A stretch of 64,000 nucleotides of DNA from the IMG/VR virus record IMGVR_UViG_3300005530_000005; one strand, 5' to 3'. The notes beneath the pieces are model-generated. The model was not told the DNA's origin and did not search any database. It worked only from the letters and a program-made list of their open reading frames with translations. This document shows, in pieces, positions 39,169 to 48,022 of the stretch. The number at the start of each line of letters is the position of its first letter. Positions within the stretch are counted from its first letter, which is position 1. Position numbers and translations under genes: made by a program. Source of the stretch: an uncultured virus (IMG/VR IMGVR_UViG_3300005530_000005). Taxonomy: Duplodnaviria > Heunggongvirae > Uroviricota > Caudoviricetes.

Positions 39169-40158
39169 ATGCCGAAATTTAAATTCCCTGTCGGTTCATC
39201 TGTTATTTGGCATGATAGTAGTTCAAAGCTGTGGTTACGTATTGTTGGTCATGATTTGGCTAACGATACTTATCGCTATTCATATCAAACAGAAACTCGG
39301 CAATATCCATATCCTCGCGGACAAATGGAAAGATTGTATAAAATCTATTCCGAGTTGCAAACTTTCAAATTCCCCATCAATTCACTTATTTCTTGGAATA
39401 AGGACCCGGACAATATTCAGTTCCGTGTGACTGGATATAATTATTCGGCAGATTTGTATAATCTCATCATTGAGAAATATAATCGTGATGATATGAAATG
39501 GTCTCAGAGTATCAAAGTTGGATATCGATTTGATTTTGATCGTAAGATTACGGAAGAAGAACATTCGTTGGTTAAGCCAAAGGTTGAATTTAAATTTCCC
39601 ATTGGGAGTAGAATTCAAAATAAGAAAGACGGTGATATCCTTATAGTTGAAGGGTACAATTGGCATAATTTGAAGGATGTCTATGCCTTCACGGGAGGGA
39701 CATGGGGAAGCATTGAATGGACAGAGAATAATTACGAATTGATCGAGGAAAAGCCAAAATTCAAAGTGGGTGATGTAATTATTCGAAGACAGAATAAGAA
39801 TTGCTCTAATCCTCACGATTTCACCTATACTATTCTTTATATTGACGCTGTAGATATTTTAACAGCTTACGATAGAAATAATATGTCTGTAAAGCGATCA
39901 GTTAGTTGGCTCGATGATTTTGAAATATACAAGCCAAAAATTCCTAAATGTATTCCTGCTGATCCTGCAAAATCAGGATGGCATTGGATTAGTTCCAAAG
40001 GATGGACAGATTCAAGATCAACTCATCAGCCCCGATGGTGGGATGCAGAAAAACAAATGTGGGCGAAAAAGGGGCAGGGCACTCTTATGAAAAGTGCTAT
40101 AACTCCAGAAGAAGCTCACACTGCCCAATGGGTATACCATAAACCGTGTGAGTATTGA
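39169..40158 (+). CDS. Protein with four tandem KFKVGD-like domains and a Trp-rich C-terminus
   Basis: PKFKFPVGS, TFKFPINS, EFKFPIGS, PKFKVGD units; GGAGG RBS before ATG 39169. Confidence 0.8.
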   Translation: MPKFKFPVGSSVIWHDSSSKLWLRIVGHDLANDTYRYSYQTETRQYPYPRGQMERLYKIYSELQTFKFPINSLISWNKDPDNIQFRVTGYNYSADLYNLIIEKYNRDDMKWSQSIKVGYRFDFDRKITEEEHSLVKPKVEFKFPIGSRIQNKKDGDILIVEGYNWHNLKDVYAFTGGTWGSIEWTENNYELIEEKPKFKVGDVIIRRQNKNCSNPHDFTYTILYIDAVDILTAYDRNNMSVKRSVSWLDDFEIYKPKIPKCIPADPAKSGWHWISSKGWTDSRSTHQPRWWDAEKQMWAKKGQGTLMKSAITPEEAHTAQWVYHKPCEY

Positions 40159-40840
40159 TCATGGTGGATCGCACTAGAAAAACCTATAAGGTTGCATCTT
40201 ATTCAGGTAATTGGTTTCCGTGTAAGTTCCACAAATGGCGAGATTATGATACTCATTTGCTTTCGTTTGAAATGTTCCATCGCTGTTTTATAATTACATG
40301 GGAATTGACTTTTGGAATTTCAGAAGAGGAAATAAATTAAATGTGCCTAAAGAAGGGAGACGCCTGCAATTATCCAAGTTGTGATTGTTTTCATGGAAAA
40401 GTTTGGGAAACCAAAACTCATTACATTTCTGGAAATCTAATAATGGCTATGGGTCAGAAATGGGAATGTGTAGCAGATCACACAAGTAACATTTTCGGTA
40501 CAGATGTGTTGGAAAATAAATATTGGAAGGAATATGATTATGATTAAATTCATAGTCATGCTCCTTGTCACTATTGGTATCTTAAATGTTTCATACAGTT
40601 GGATGCAAGATGCCAATAAAGTTGCACTTTGGAATAGGAATTTGAATTATGAGCTACAGAAAGAAAAAAGAAATAATAGCTCTTAATCGGGCAATGCGTA
40701 AAAGTCCTAGTAAATATCCATATTTAACTGGAGTTACAGAAAATGATAATTTTGTATCAACTGGAGTAATCATTAAAGAAGATGGCAATCTCTTTACGTG
40801 TTCTGACGGTGTTTATAAAGTAGAAACATGGAGAAAATAG

Positions 40841-41242
40841 ATGACTGATACTGCTGACAAGGCCCTTGATTTGGCCTCTAAGGAAATGGATAAGATTACC
40901 TCGGCACTTTCTCAGTTGGCCCATACTTATGGACCTGATGTAGTAAATGCGGCTGTCGAAGTGGCGCGAGTTGATGCGCTTCAAGGAATTATTCATTGGT
41001 GCATTTTATTTGTATTTATGTTTGCCACTTTTATGGGGGGATTTTGTATTATACGTAATAAAGTAGCACTATGGGATAGATACGACAGTCCTACACCTGC
41101 TGCCGTGGTTATGTTCTTTAGTTTTTTATTTAGCGGGGGCTTTTTTATAGCCATTCTTTTGACGCTTGATGTTTGGAATTTCGTAGGCATCTTTCAGCCT
41201 AAACTCTATATAGCGCATCAGATTATTTCTTCAATCAAGTAA
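40841..41242 (+). CDS. Membrane protein (2 TM)
   Basis: Two hydrophobic segments; GGAG RBS. Confidence 0.65.
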   Translation: MTDTADKALDLASKEMDKITSALSQLAHTYGPDVVNAAVEVARVDALQGIIHWCILFVFMFATFMGGFCIIRNKVALWDRYDSPTPAAVVMFFSFLFSGGFFIAILLTLDVWNFVGIFQPKLYIAHQIISSIK

Positions 41243-41603
41243 ATGGTAACTTTCTGGTTGGTCCTAATGGCTGTCTTGATGGCAGCCAGAGGGATTCTTT
41301 ATTTAATCTACAGAGAATAGTTTATCGGACCTAACAGGAGTATCACATGGGAATTTCTAATGCGGGACCATCGCCAGTAGAAGTTGATCCGATTAAGCAA
41401 ATGGAGCTTCTAGACAGTTTCCCTCCAGAGATACGCAGAATAGTCCATATTGCCCCTGCAAGTCTTGATATGGAGCAGTTGAGGGATGCTTTAGGAATTA
41501 AGAAATACAAAAGAGGATTTCCCGCTGGCCTAGTCAAGAAGCTTATTGCTGCAATCAAATCAAACTATCCCGATTGGGATTTGAATGTAAGAAGAATTTA
41601 ATT

Positions 41604-42104
41604 ATGAATATCTTTGCAGTTGATCCTGATCCGGTCATTTGTGCCCAAACTTTAGATGATTTGCGCCTCAATAAGATGATACTAGAGACGGCGCAGATGT
41701 TGAGTACGTTTTGCAGAGAGTATCATTACAAAGATCAAGCAATTCTTGAATATATTCCTTTTTATAAATCCACGCATAAAAATCATCCATGTAATATATG
41801 GATCAGTCAGGATTATGACAATTATGATTGGATGTATAAATATCTTCGTAATCTCTTAGACGAGTTTTGTCACAGACGAAGAAAAATTCATTCTTGCAAT
41901 GATCTATTTTACTATTTCCCTGTTCCTGTAACACACAAATTATATATTCCAAAATCGTTCCCAAATTGCACAACTTATAAAGATGAGCCGGATGTCCATA
42001 AAGCCTACAAGCTTTATCTGAAAGACAAATGGAAGAATGATATTCGTCCCCCTACATGGACACGACGAAATCCCCCTGGTTGGCTCATCTGTGGTGTAAA
42101 TTGA
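41604..42104 (+). CDS. Pyrimidine-dimer DNA glycosylase / endonuclease V-like protein
   Basis: MNIFAVD..KMILETAQMLST..YKSTHKNHPCNIW..AYKLY..WTRRNPPGW. Confidence 0.85.
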   Translation: MNIFAVDPDPVICAQTLDDLRLNKMILETAQMLSTFCREYHYKDQAILEYIPFYKSTHKNHPCNIWISQDYDNYDWMYKYLRNLLDEFCHRRRKIHSCNDLFYYFPVPVTHKLYIPKSFPNCTTYKDEPDVHKAYKLYLKDKWKNDIRPPTWTRRNPPGWLICGVN

Positions 42105-42381
42105 AGGAGAATTTTAATGAATACTCTCTTAGAGCTTACTCGGCACTTTGTATTAAGTAGTATGGAGCGAGAAAATCAGCAATATAGACTAAAAAAGATG
42201 AAACTCCAAAAGAGATTTAATAGAGAAATTAAACGAAGAATATTTAAAGAAGCTAAAAAAGGCTTTAGATATGTCTATTTGCCTCATGAATTTATTTGCA
42301 TAAGGCAGGAAATCCAAGATTGGGCAAAACAGAATAATTTTAATTATGATGGTGAAATTACAATCTCATGGTCTATGGTCG

Positions 42382-42942
42382 ATGAATCAAAAAGATAAAC
42401 AGGAACTACAAGAAATATCTCTTTGTATGTTTCCGACAGGCTCTAGAATTATTTGTAATCCGCCTGTGTTGGATACAGATGAAGATTGGTATATTCTTGT
42501 AAGTAACTTAGATGAGTTTGAAAAAGCAGCGTTTGATTTGGGATTCGAGGAAACTACTAAAAAAGACGGATATGGATTCAAAAGTGATTTTATCACATTT
42601 CGTCGCGATGAAATTAATCTCATTGTAACGGAAGACTTAGAATTTTTTCAGTGCGGTGCATTGGCAACTTCTGCTTGCATCCTGAAAAATACATTAGATA
42701 AAAAAGATAGGATTTACATATTTGAATGGATGAGGACGCATTCTTATAATATTCCATACGCTGTCAGAAATTGGGAATCCTATTATGATAGGAAAAAGGC
42801 TGCCGAAATACGCCGTAAGAATGTAAGTTCAGGGGCCTATCAACAGCAATTAAATCAAGCAATGAATATTGCTTCCAATTGGAATAACAATCTTGCTATG
42901 TGGCAGCCATTAGGTGGGACAATTACAGGACGTTTGACTTAA
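42382..42942 (+). CDS. Minimal nucleotidyltransferase (pol-beta superfamily)
   Basis: TGSR......DTDEDWYILV (GS..DxD) motif. Confidence 0.65.
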   Translation: MNQKDKQELQEISLCMFPTGSRIICNPPVLDTDEDWYILVSNLDEFEKAAFDLGFEETTKKDGYGFKSDFITFRRDEINLIVTEDLEFFQCGALATSACILKNTLDKKDRIYIFEWMRTHSYNIPYAVRNWESYYDRKKAAEIRRKNVSSGAYQQQLNQAMNIASNWNNNLAMWQPLGGTITGRLT

Positions 42943-42962
42943 GCTCCAAATTGTGCTATACT
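42934..42962 (+). promoter_or_regulatory. sigma70-like promoter, TTGACTTAAGC class
   Basis: TTGACT-N17-TATACT with TG extension; overlaps stop codon. Confidence 0.8.
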
Positions 42963-43885
42963 GTATATAATAAATGATCAGGAGGGCCAAATGACTGTCG
43001 CAGTTCTTATTCCAAATGATGCGGAAAAGGATATGGTAGCATCCGTCACGCTAGGTTGTGGGGCACCATATAGGATGGTTCGTAGGGAAACTGAAGTAGC
43101 ATATCTTTATAATTCAGATGATGTTGAGCAAATCCATCATCAAATCAGTCAGCATATTGCTGGTGTATATCGTAAAATTCGTGGCCATTGTTATTTTCTT
43201 AAGCTTCATGGGTACTTTAACGATTATGTTAAAGTAATCTCTGAAGATGCTTGGATTAAACTCAATATGAGTAAATAAGATGTTATCGCGCAGCTTAATT
43301 AAAAACGGAGATTGGATAATTGATCCATTTACTAATGGTGATTTTCCCATATATGAAATAGTAAATAAAGAAACAAATATTCTTAGAGATGTGAGTGGAA
43401 GAAGCTTTTATGGAAATTTAAGTCATTTTCTGTACGTCGGTCCTAAGTTGGAAGTTGATCGATTAATAAAACTTGTTAAACTTTGTTACAGCATTCAGCA
43501 TCGCATAGTGAAAATAAAATACATTGATGTTCGCACCATAACCGATGTATTTTTTAAGGACGCAAATAAGAAAATTACGGAAATACGTCAGAAGGAATAT
43601 GAAAATGACCTATCAGGATCAGGAAAAGAAAAAAGCTACACGATCACGCTATAATAAAGCTGAGTATGCAGCCACTAAAGCTGATCCAGTTATGTATGAA
43701 TTGTATCTTGAGCGACAAAGGGAAAAGAAACGTCGTAGGACTATAAAGAAACAGGATCAGAAGATTGAAGAGGCTTACAGGAGACTTCTTCAATGTCGAA
43801 ATTATAATGAATGCTACAATGTACCGTGGCAAGTTTTAAAACATTTTGCAACAGCAGTTTTATATCCAGAAAGGTTAGGAATTAA

Positions 43886-44116
43886 ATGAGCAATACAGTT
43901 CAGGGCAAGCCCACAGAAGTAACTCATACGTACTCCATGACGAGGCGGGGTGACATTTTTCGTGATGCTGTAGAAAACACAATTTATATGCGGGATTGTG
44001 ATCCCGATGATTTCGAAAACACGGCGCTCGCCCTGTGTGACGGAGAACAGACAAATTTTGACCCGGATGATAAAATTGTATTCTTGGGCGAAGTAACTAT
44101 TAAGCGTGAGGAATAA
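43886..44116 (+). CDS. Hypothetical protein, similar to 32076..32306
   Basis: TYSMTRRGDIF..IYMR..TALALCDG...NF. Confidence 0.6.
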   Translation: MSNTVQGKPTEVTHTYSMTRRGDIFRDAVENTIYMRDCDPDDFENTALALCDGEQTNFDPDDKIVFLGEVTIKREE

Positions 44117-44120
44117 TTAA

Positions 44121-44888
44121 ATGAGCAAGAATGATGGCCTCCATCCAGATTTCGGACAGTTCGATAGGTTCTTCTTCAATGCGAATGGGGAACTATCTAT
44201 GCGAGCGCATCTTATAGACGATCGCGGAATTCTCCTTAAGTTGGGGAACAGGATACTTCAGTTTGATCATCCAGAAACTCGCCTACAAATTAAAGGCAAG
44301 AAGAATTTCAATGATCGCGTAGATTTCCCAACTACAGGAATGTATTATGGTGAGGCTGATATTTTCGGCTATAGCGCAATTGTTGAAAATGAAGCCAACA
44401 GTCCAATTAAATTGACGCCCACAAAGTATGTTTTGCTTAGCCGCCTTATTGGAACTAGGCAAATTTACATTGGTGGTCTTTCTGCGTATGCTGTTGATAA
44501 TAAGAATGGCATGTGGAAGGGAATGACCCAGGAGCAATTTAAGGGCTGGATCAAATGGCTGGATAAGATGTTTGAGTATGATCCAGACACTTATAAAGGA
44601 CTTCAGCAGTGGGTTAATAAATGTAAGACAAGTGCCAGTATTAGATTTGGTAAGCCTGCTCTAAATGTTCTCGCAGAGGCGCGTAGGGGAAATCTTAAAG
44701 TAGTCGAAAATGAGCCTCCAGTTGAGCCTAAAGTAGAGCCGCCAAAAGAGGATATCAATAAAGTCAATCTGCCTGTAATTGCAGAGAAAAAAGAAGAGCC
44801 GCCCAAAAGTACTCCTAAGCCTGTTCCCATGTATGGTCGAGTAAGTGAGATTGAAAAGCTTCCTGAGAATCTTATTGCTGTAGGTTAA
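44121..44888 (+). CDS. Hypothetical protein with Pro/Glu/Lys-rich linker
   Basis: 255-aa ORF with GAGG RBS. Confidence 0.7.
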   Translation: MSKNDGLHPDFGQFDRFFFNANGELSMRAHLIDDRGILLKLGNRILQFDHPETRLQIKGKKNFNDRVDFPTTGMYYGEADIFGYSAIVENEANSPIKLTPTKYVLLSRLIGTRQIYIGGLSAYAVDNKNGMWKGMTQEQFKGWIKWLDKMFEYDPDTYKGLQQWVNKCKTSASIRFGKPALNVLAEARRGNLKVVENEPPVEPKVEPPKEDINKVNLPVIAEKKEEPPKSTPKPVPMYGRVSEIEKLPENLIAVG

Positions 44889-44890
44889 TT

Positions 44891-45157
44891 GTGGCCAGAT
44901 TTAAAGCTGATGATTATGTTGTATTCATAAAGCCAGAATACACTGTACAAGAATGTGTTACCATTCATATTCTAGAAATTGATCTAATTGGAGAATATTA
45001 TATCTGTGATCATATTTATACTGATAGCAGATATGAAAAATATTATGCGCCAGAATGGGACATTTCACATATAGATCAAATGTGCAAATTAGCACCATTA
45101 GATTTTAGATTGAAGAATTTTGTTACAGGTAAATTAAAGGCTATGGGATATGGCTAA
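44891..45157 (+). CDS. KFKVGD/FVxxKL family paralogue 3
   Basis: MARFKADD...LKNFVTGKLKAMGY. Confidence 0.8.
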   Translation: MARFKADDYVVFIKPEYTVQECVTIHILEIDLIGEYYICDHIYTDSRYEKYYAPEWDISHIDQMCKLAPLDFRLKNFVTGKLKAMGYG

Positions 45158-45386
45158 ATTCAAGGTGGGAGATACATTTCGTGAAAGTAATTCCCTTAAT
45201 CCTAAGAGAACCTGGACAGTTCTGACCGTGGGCGATAGAGACTATATTTATAAGATAAATTTTAGGCAATTTCGAACAAGCTCACAAAGAATAGAATCAA
45301 TAGATCAATACTGCGTTCTTGCAATTCCGCCTTTAGAGGTATTTGTGCAAAATAAATTGAAAGCATTAGGTTATGCCAAAGTTTAA
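45150..45386 (+). CDS. KFKVGD/FVxxKL family paralogue 4
   Basis: MAKFKVGD...LEVFVQNKLKALGY. Confidence 0.85.
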   Translation: MAKFKVGDTFRESNSLNPKRTWTVLTVGDRDYIYKINFRQFRTSSQRIESIDQYCVLAIPPLEVFVQNKLKALGYAKV

Positions 45387-45606
45387 AGTAGGAGATATTA
45401 TCCAATCAAAACATCGTAATGTCTGGGATAATGCTACGTGGACAATACTTGCTGTTAGTGAAACAGAATATAGATGGCAATATAATTTAGGCAGCGCTGC
45501 GGGCTGGTCTTTTTTCGATGATCTGGAATCTTCTTGCGAAATCTGTCAATCTAAGTTAGATAAATATGTTAAAGACAAACTCTTAACAATGGGAATAAAA
45601 CTTTGA
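45373..45606 (+). CDS. KFKVGD/FVxxKL family paralogue 5
   Basis: MPKFKVGD...LDKYVKDKLLTMGI. Confidence 0.85.
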   Translation: MPKFKVGDIIQSKHRNVWDNATWTILAVSETEYRWQYNLGSAAGWSFFDDLESSCEICQSKLDKYVKDKLLTMGIKL

Positions 45607-45779
45607 ACTACATGGATACCTTCTGGTACTGCTTCCTTCAAGATTTCACAGATGATGAACAGACACGAGCAGAGCAGCAATCAAAGCGCCGCCTGTCTGA
45701 AATTCTAGAGCAGCATCAGAAAGATGCACGAACTAAGATTAGGCTTGAAGGTGAACTATATTCTCATTAAGGTGTAATT

Positions 45780-46049
45780 ATGCCTAAGTTTAAAATTGGG
45801 GATGTTATATCGCGTCCTAATCCAGATTGGGCAGAGGACGGTGTAAAAGTAAGAGTACGGGAGGTCATAGGACTTGTAACAAGTTGGGCTGGAAGTCCTG
45901 CTTATAGACTTAAAAGAATTTCTCCTGATAGTAAGGGTGAAGATTTTACCCTCAGATACGAAACTTGCGAAAGGGATTATTCTTTGCATAGTCCATTAGA
46001 AGCTTTCGTAAGGGGGAAATTAGAAAGTCTTGGCTATGGCAAAGTTTAA
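45780..46049 (+). CDS. KFKVGD/FVxxKL family paralogue 6
   Basis: MPKFKIGD...LEAFVRGKLESLGY. Confidence 0.85.
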   Translation: MPKFKIGDVISRPNPDWAEDGVKVRVREVIGLVTSWAGSPAYRLKRISPDSKGEDFTLRYETCERDYSLHSPLEAFVRGKLESLGYGKV

Positions 46050-46278
46050 AGTCGGGGATATTCTTAAACACAAAGAATATTCCAATATCAGAAAGATATT
46101 AGCTATTGAGTCAGCTGGCTATAGAACTAAACAACTTACACTTGGACGGAGTGCGGCTTATGATTATGGCAGAGAGCGGCTAGAATTTTTTCATTGGATT
46201 GATTCCAACTACGACTATACAAATCCATTAGCATCTTTTGTTAAAGCAAAATTAGCCGAACTTGGATATACATCATGA
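46036..46278 (+). CDS. KFKVGD/FVxxKL family paralogue 7
   Basis: MAKFKVGD...LASFVKAKLAELGY. Confidence 0.85.
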   Translation: MAKFKVGDILKHKEYSNIRKILAIESAGYRTKQLTLGRSAAYDYGRERLEFFHWIDSNYDYTNPLASFVKAKLAELGYTS

Positions 46279-46607
46279 TGCTCACTACAGGGGATAAGTT
46301 TAAGTACAAAGAAGAACATATCCGTAGTTTGGAATGGCTGACCGCTGAAGAACTTGATTTAGTGCGAAATTATGTATTTGAATTTACAAATTCTGCTACA
46401 AATGAAGAACATGATTACGATGAAGATGACAATATAATTGGAACGACAGAATATACTGCATATTATTTTAATTATGATTACAGAGGGCGTAAAGTTCAAA
46501 TGTCCTTTATTGAGGACGATATAAAAGACGAATTGGAGCGCACCCAAGTTCTTGAAACATTTGTAGCCAGAAAGCTGGAATCTTTAGGGATTAAAATAAA
46601 TGGCTAA
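46275..46607 (+). CDS. KFKVGD/FVxxKL family paralogue 8 (acidic insert)
   Basis: LTTGDKFKY...LETFVARKLESLGI. Confidence 0.8.
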   Translation: MMLTTGDKFKYKEEHIRSLEWLTAEELDLVRNYVFEFTNSATNEEHDYDEDDNIIGTTEYTAYYFNYDYRGRKVQMSFIEDDIKDELERTQVLETFVARKLESLGIKING

Positions 46608-46863
46608 ATACAAAGTGGGGGATCAATTTAAGGGAAATACTGGAGGGCCATTTGAAGGGTGGATATTTACTATAATATCAACAGAGTTAGCCCGACCAGA
46701 ACGAATATTATATGAGTTTACCTATGTAGATCATAATAAAAGTGGAGGAAGCACGTATTGGCAGGAGATATCTTTTGATACATACACCACGCCTATAAAC
46801 ACTTTAAAATCCTTTGTACAGCGGAAATTAGAGGAAAAAGGAATTAAGGTGACTTTGACTTAA
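46600..46863 (+). CDS. KFKVGD/FVxxKL family paralogue 9
   Basis: MAKYKVGD...LKSFVQRKLEEKGI. Confidence 0.85.
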   Translation: MAKYKVGDQFKGNTGGPFEGWIFTIISTELARPERILYEFTYVDHNKSGGSTYWQEISFDTYTTPINTLKSFVQRKLEEKGIKVTLT

Positions 46864-46883
46864 GCAAATAAATATGTTATATT
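46855..46883 (+). promoter_or_regulatory. sigma70-like promoter heading the kinase / tRNA-like / GluRS operon
   Basis: TTGACT-taagc..(17)-TATATT with TG extension. Confidence 0.8.
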
Positions 46884-46955
46884 ATATGAACAATGAGCGA
46901 AACATGTCGCTGAAATAAGTAAGCAGTTAATGGCCTAGTAATCGGGAGTAAGAAA

Positions 46956-47375
46956 ATGGCAAAGCTTGTAGTAATTCGTGGATTGCCCGGTAGTGGCAAG
47001 TCAAAGAAGGCTCACGAGATTGCAACAGAGTACAAAGGGACAGTCGTTTCGGTTGATGATTATTTCACTGTAGACGGCGAGTATCGATTTAAGGACACGG
47101 AAATTAGCCGTGCGTATGGATATGTTGAGGGAAAAATCACTGCTCTTATGTCGGGCGGCACAGAGACAATTATCGCTGACGGCATTCATCAATCTGAAAA
47201 GCATATTCAAAGCTACCGCCGACTAGCTGAAAAGTTCGGCTATGAGTTGGAAATTCAATATCCAGATGGTGATATCTTTGATATTGAACAATGTTTCCAA
47301 CATTCCATCCACAAAGTTCCCCGTCGAACAATCGCAAAAATTGCAGAACGATTTGAGCGCGATATAGCGGCTTAA
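46956..47375 (+). CDS. P-loop kinase (AAA_33 / polynucleotide-kinase-like)
   Basis: LVVIRGLPGSGKS Walker A, SVDDYF, HKVP..TI. Confidence 0.85.
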   Translation: MAKLVVIRGLPGSGKSKKAHEIATEYKGTVVSVDDYFTVDGEYRFKDTEISRAYGYVEGKITALMSGGTETIIADGIHQSEKHIQSYRRLAEKFGYELEIQYPDGDIFDIEQCFQHSIHKVPRRTIAKIAERFERDIAA

Positions 47376-47383
47376 TCGGCTAT

Positions 47384-47475
47384 GACGCCTTCGTCTAGAG
47401 GCTTAGGACAGTAGAAATTTGTGCGTTTTGCTGTAATTTCTAACAACACAGGTTCGAAACCTGTAGGCGTCGCCA
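47384..47475 (+). ncRNA. tRNA-Glu-like RNA with anticodon arm replaced by an extended stem (92 nt, encoded CCA)
   Basis: Acceptor GACGCCT/AGGCGTC, G73, CCA; D-arm GTCTAGAGGCTTAGGAC; T-arm ACAGG-TTCGAAA-CCTGT; 33-nt arm with TAGAAATT/AATTTCTA stem and no canonical 7-nt loop. Confidence 0.88.
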
Positions 47476-47493
47476 ATTAATTGTGAGATAAAA

Positions 47494-47760
47494 ATGAACT
47501 ATTATGTGGGCCAGAAATTAAGATTTAAAAATCCTCAAGACAGATATATGTATGAAGATTTCATAACAATATTAGAACTCGGCACTCGTTTTGGTGGGAA
47601 TGAAATTGTTATGGAGTGGACATATAAGGATAATAATCGAGAGAAAGTTAGAGTATGCTGGACCAGAAAAGACTTGGATGCAGAATTAATAGTTGTGGAT
47701 GCACTTAAGGAATTTGTCCGTAATAAATTATCCTCTATGGGGATTACAATAAATGGCTAA
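47494..47760 (+). CDS. KFKVGD/FVxxKL family paralogue 10
   Basis: MNYYVGQ...LKEFVRNKLSSMGI. Confidence 0.8.
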   Translation: MNYYVGQKLRFKNPQDRYMYEDFITILELGTRFGGNEIVMEWTYKDNNREKVRVCWTRKDLDAELIVVDALKEFVRNKLSSMGITING

Positions 47761-48022
47761 ATATAAAGTAGGGGATAAGTTTACTCATTGTTATGAGCCT
47801 GGATTTATAGCCACAATCACTTCCATTGATGAGGGAGTCTACCATATACATTGGACAGCAATTCCCGATTATGAATTTGATGATGGAATCGAAACCGAGG
47901 ACTGTGATAGTTCCCATAATTTTGAAAGCATTGAAAATAACTCGGCTACTTGGCAATTTTTAGGTAGTTCTTTAGAATTATTTGTTCGTGAGAAACTTGC
48001 AACATTAGGAATTAAAATATGA
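47753..48022 (+). CDS. KFKVGD/FVxxKL family paralogue 11
   Basis: MAKYKVGD...LELFVREKLATLGI. Confidence 0.85.
   Translation: MAKYKVGDKFTHCYEPGFIATITSIDEGVYHIHWTAIPDYEFDDGIETEDCDSSHNFESIENNSATWQFLGSSLELFVREKLATLGIKI

Noticed and set aside
44891..46863. Integron-like cassette array, CRISPR or DGR
   Set aside because: Junction similarity is at protein level with synonymous changes; no attC-like palindromes, fixed-length DNA repeats, integrase or reverse transcriptase were seen.
47384..47475. Ordinary or intron-containing tRNA
   Set aside because: Removing 16 nt after position 37 gives a loop with A32-A33 and anticodon UUU on a Glu-type body; no group I intron or bulge-helix-bulge is visible. 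A decayed pseudogene is unlikely because the other arms are intact and the extra arm is itself paired.
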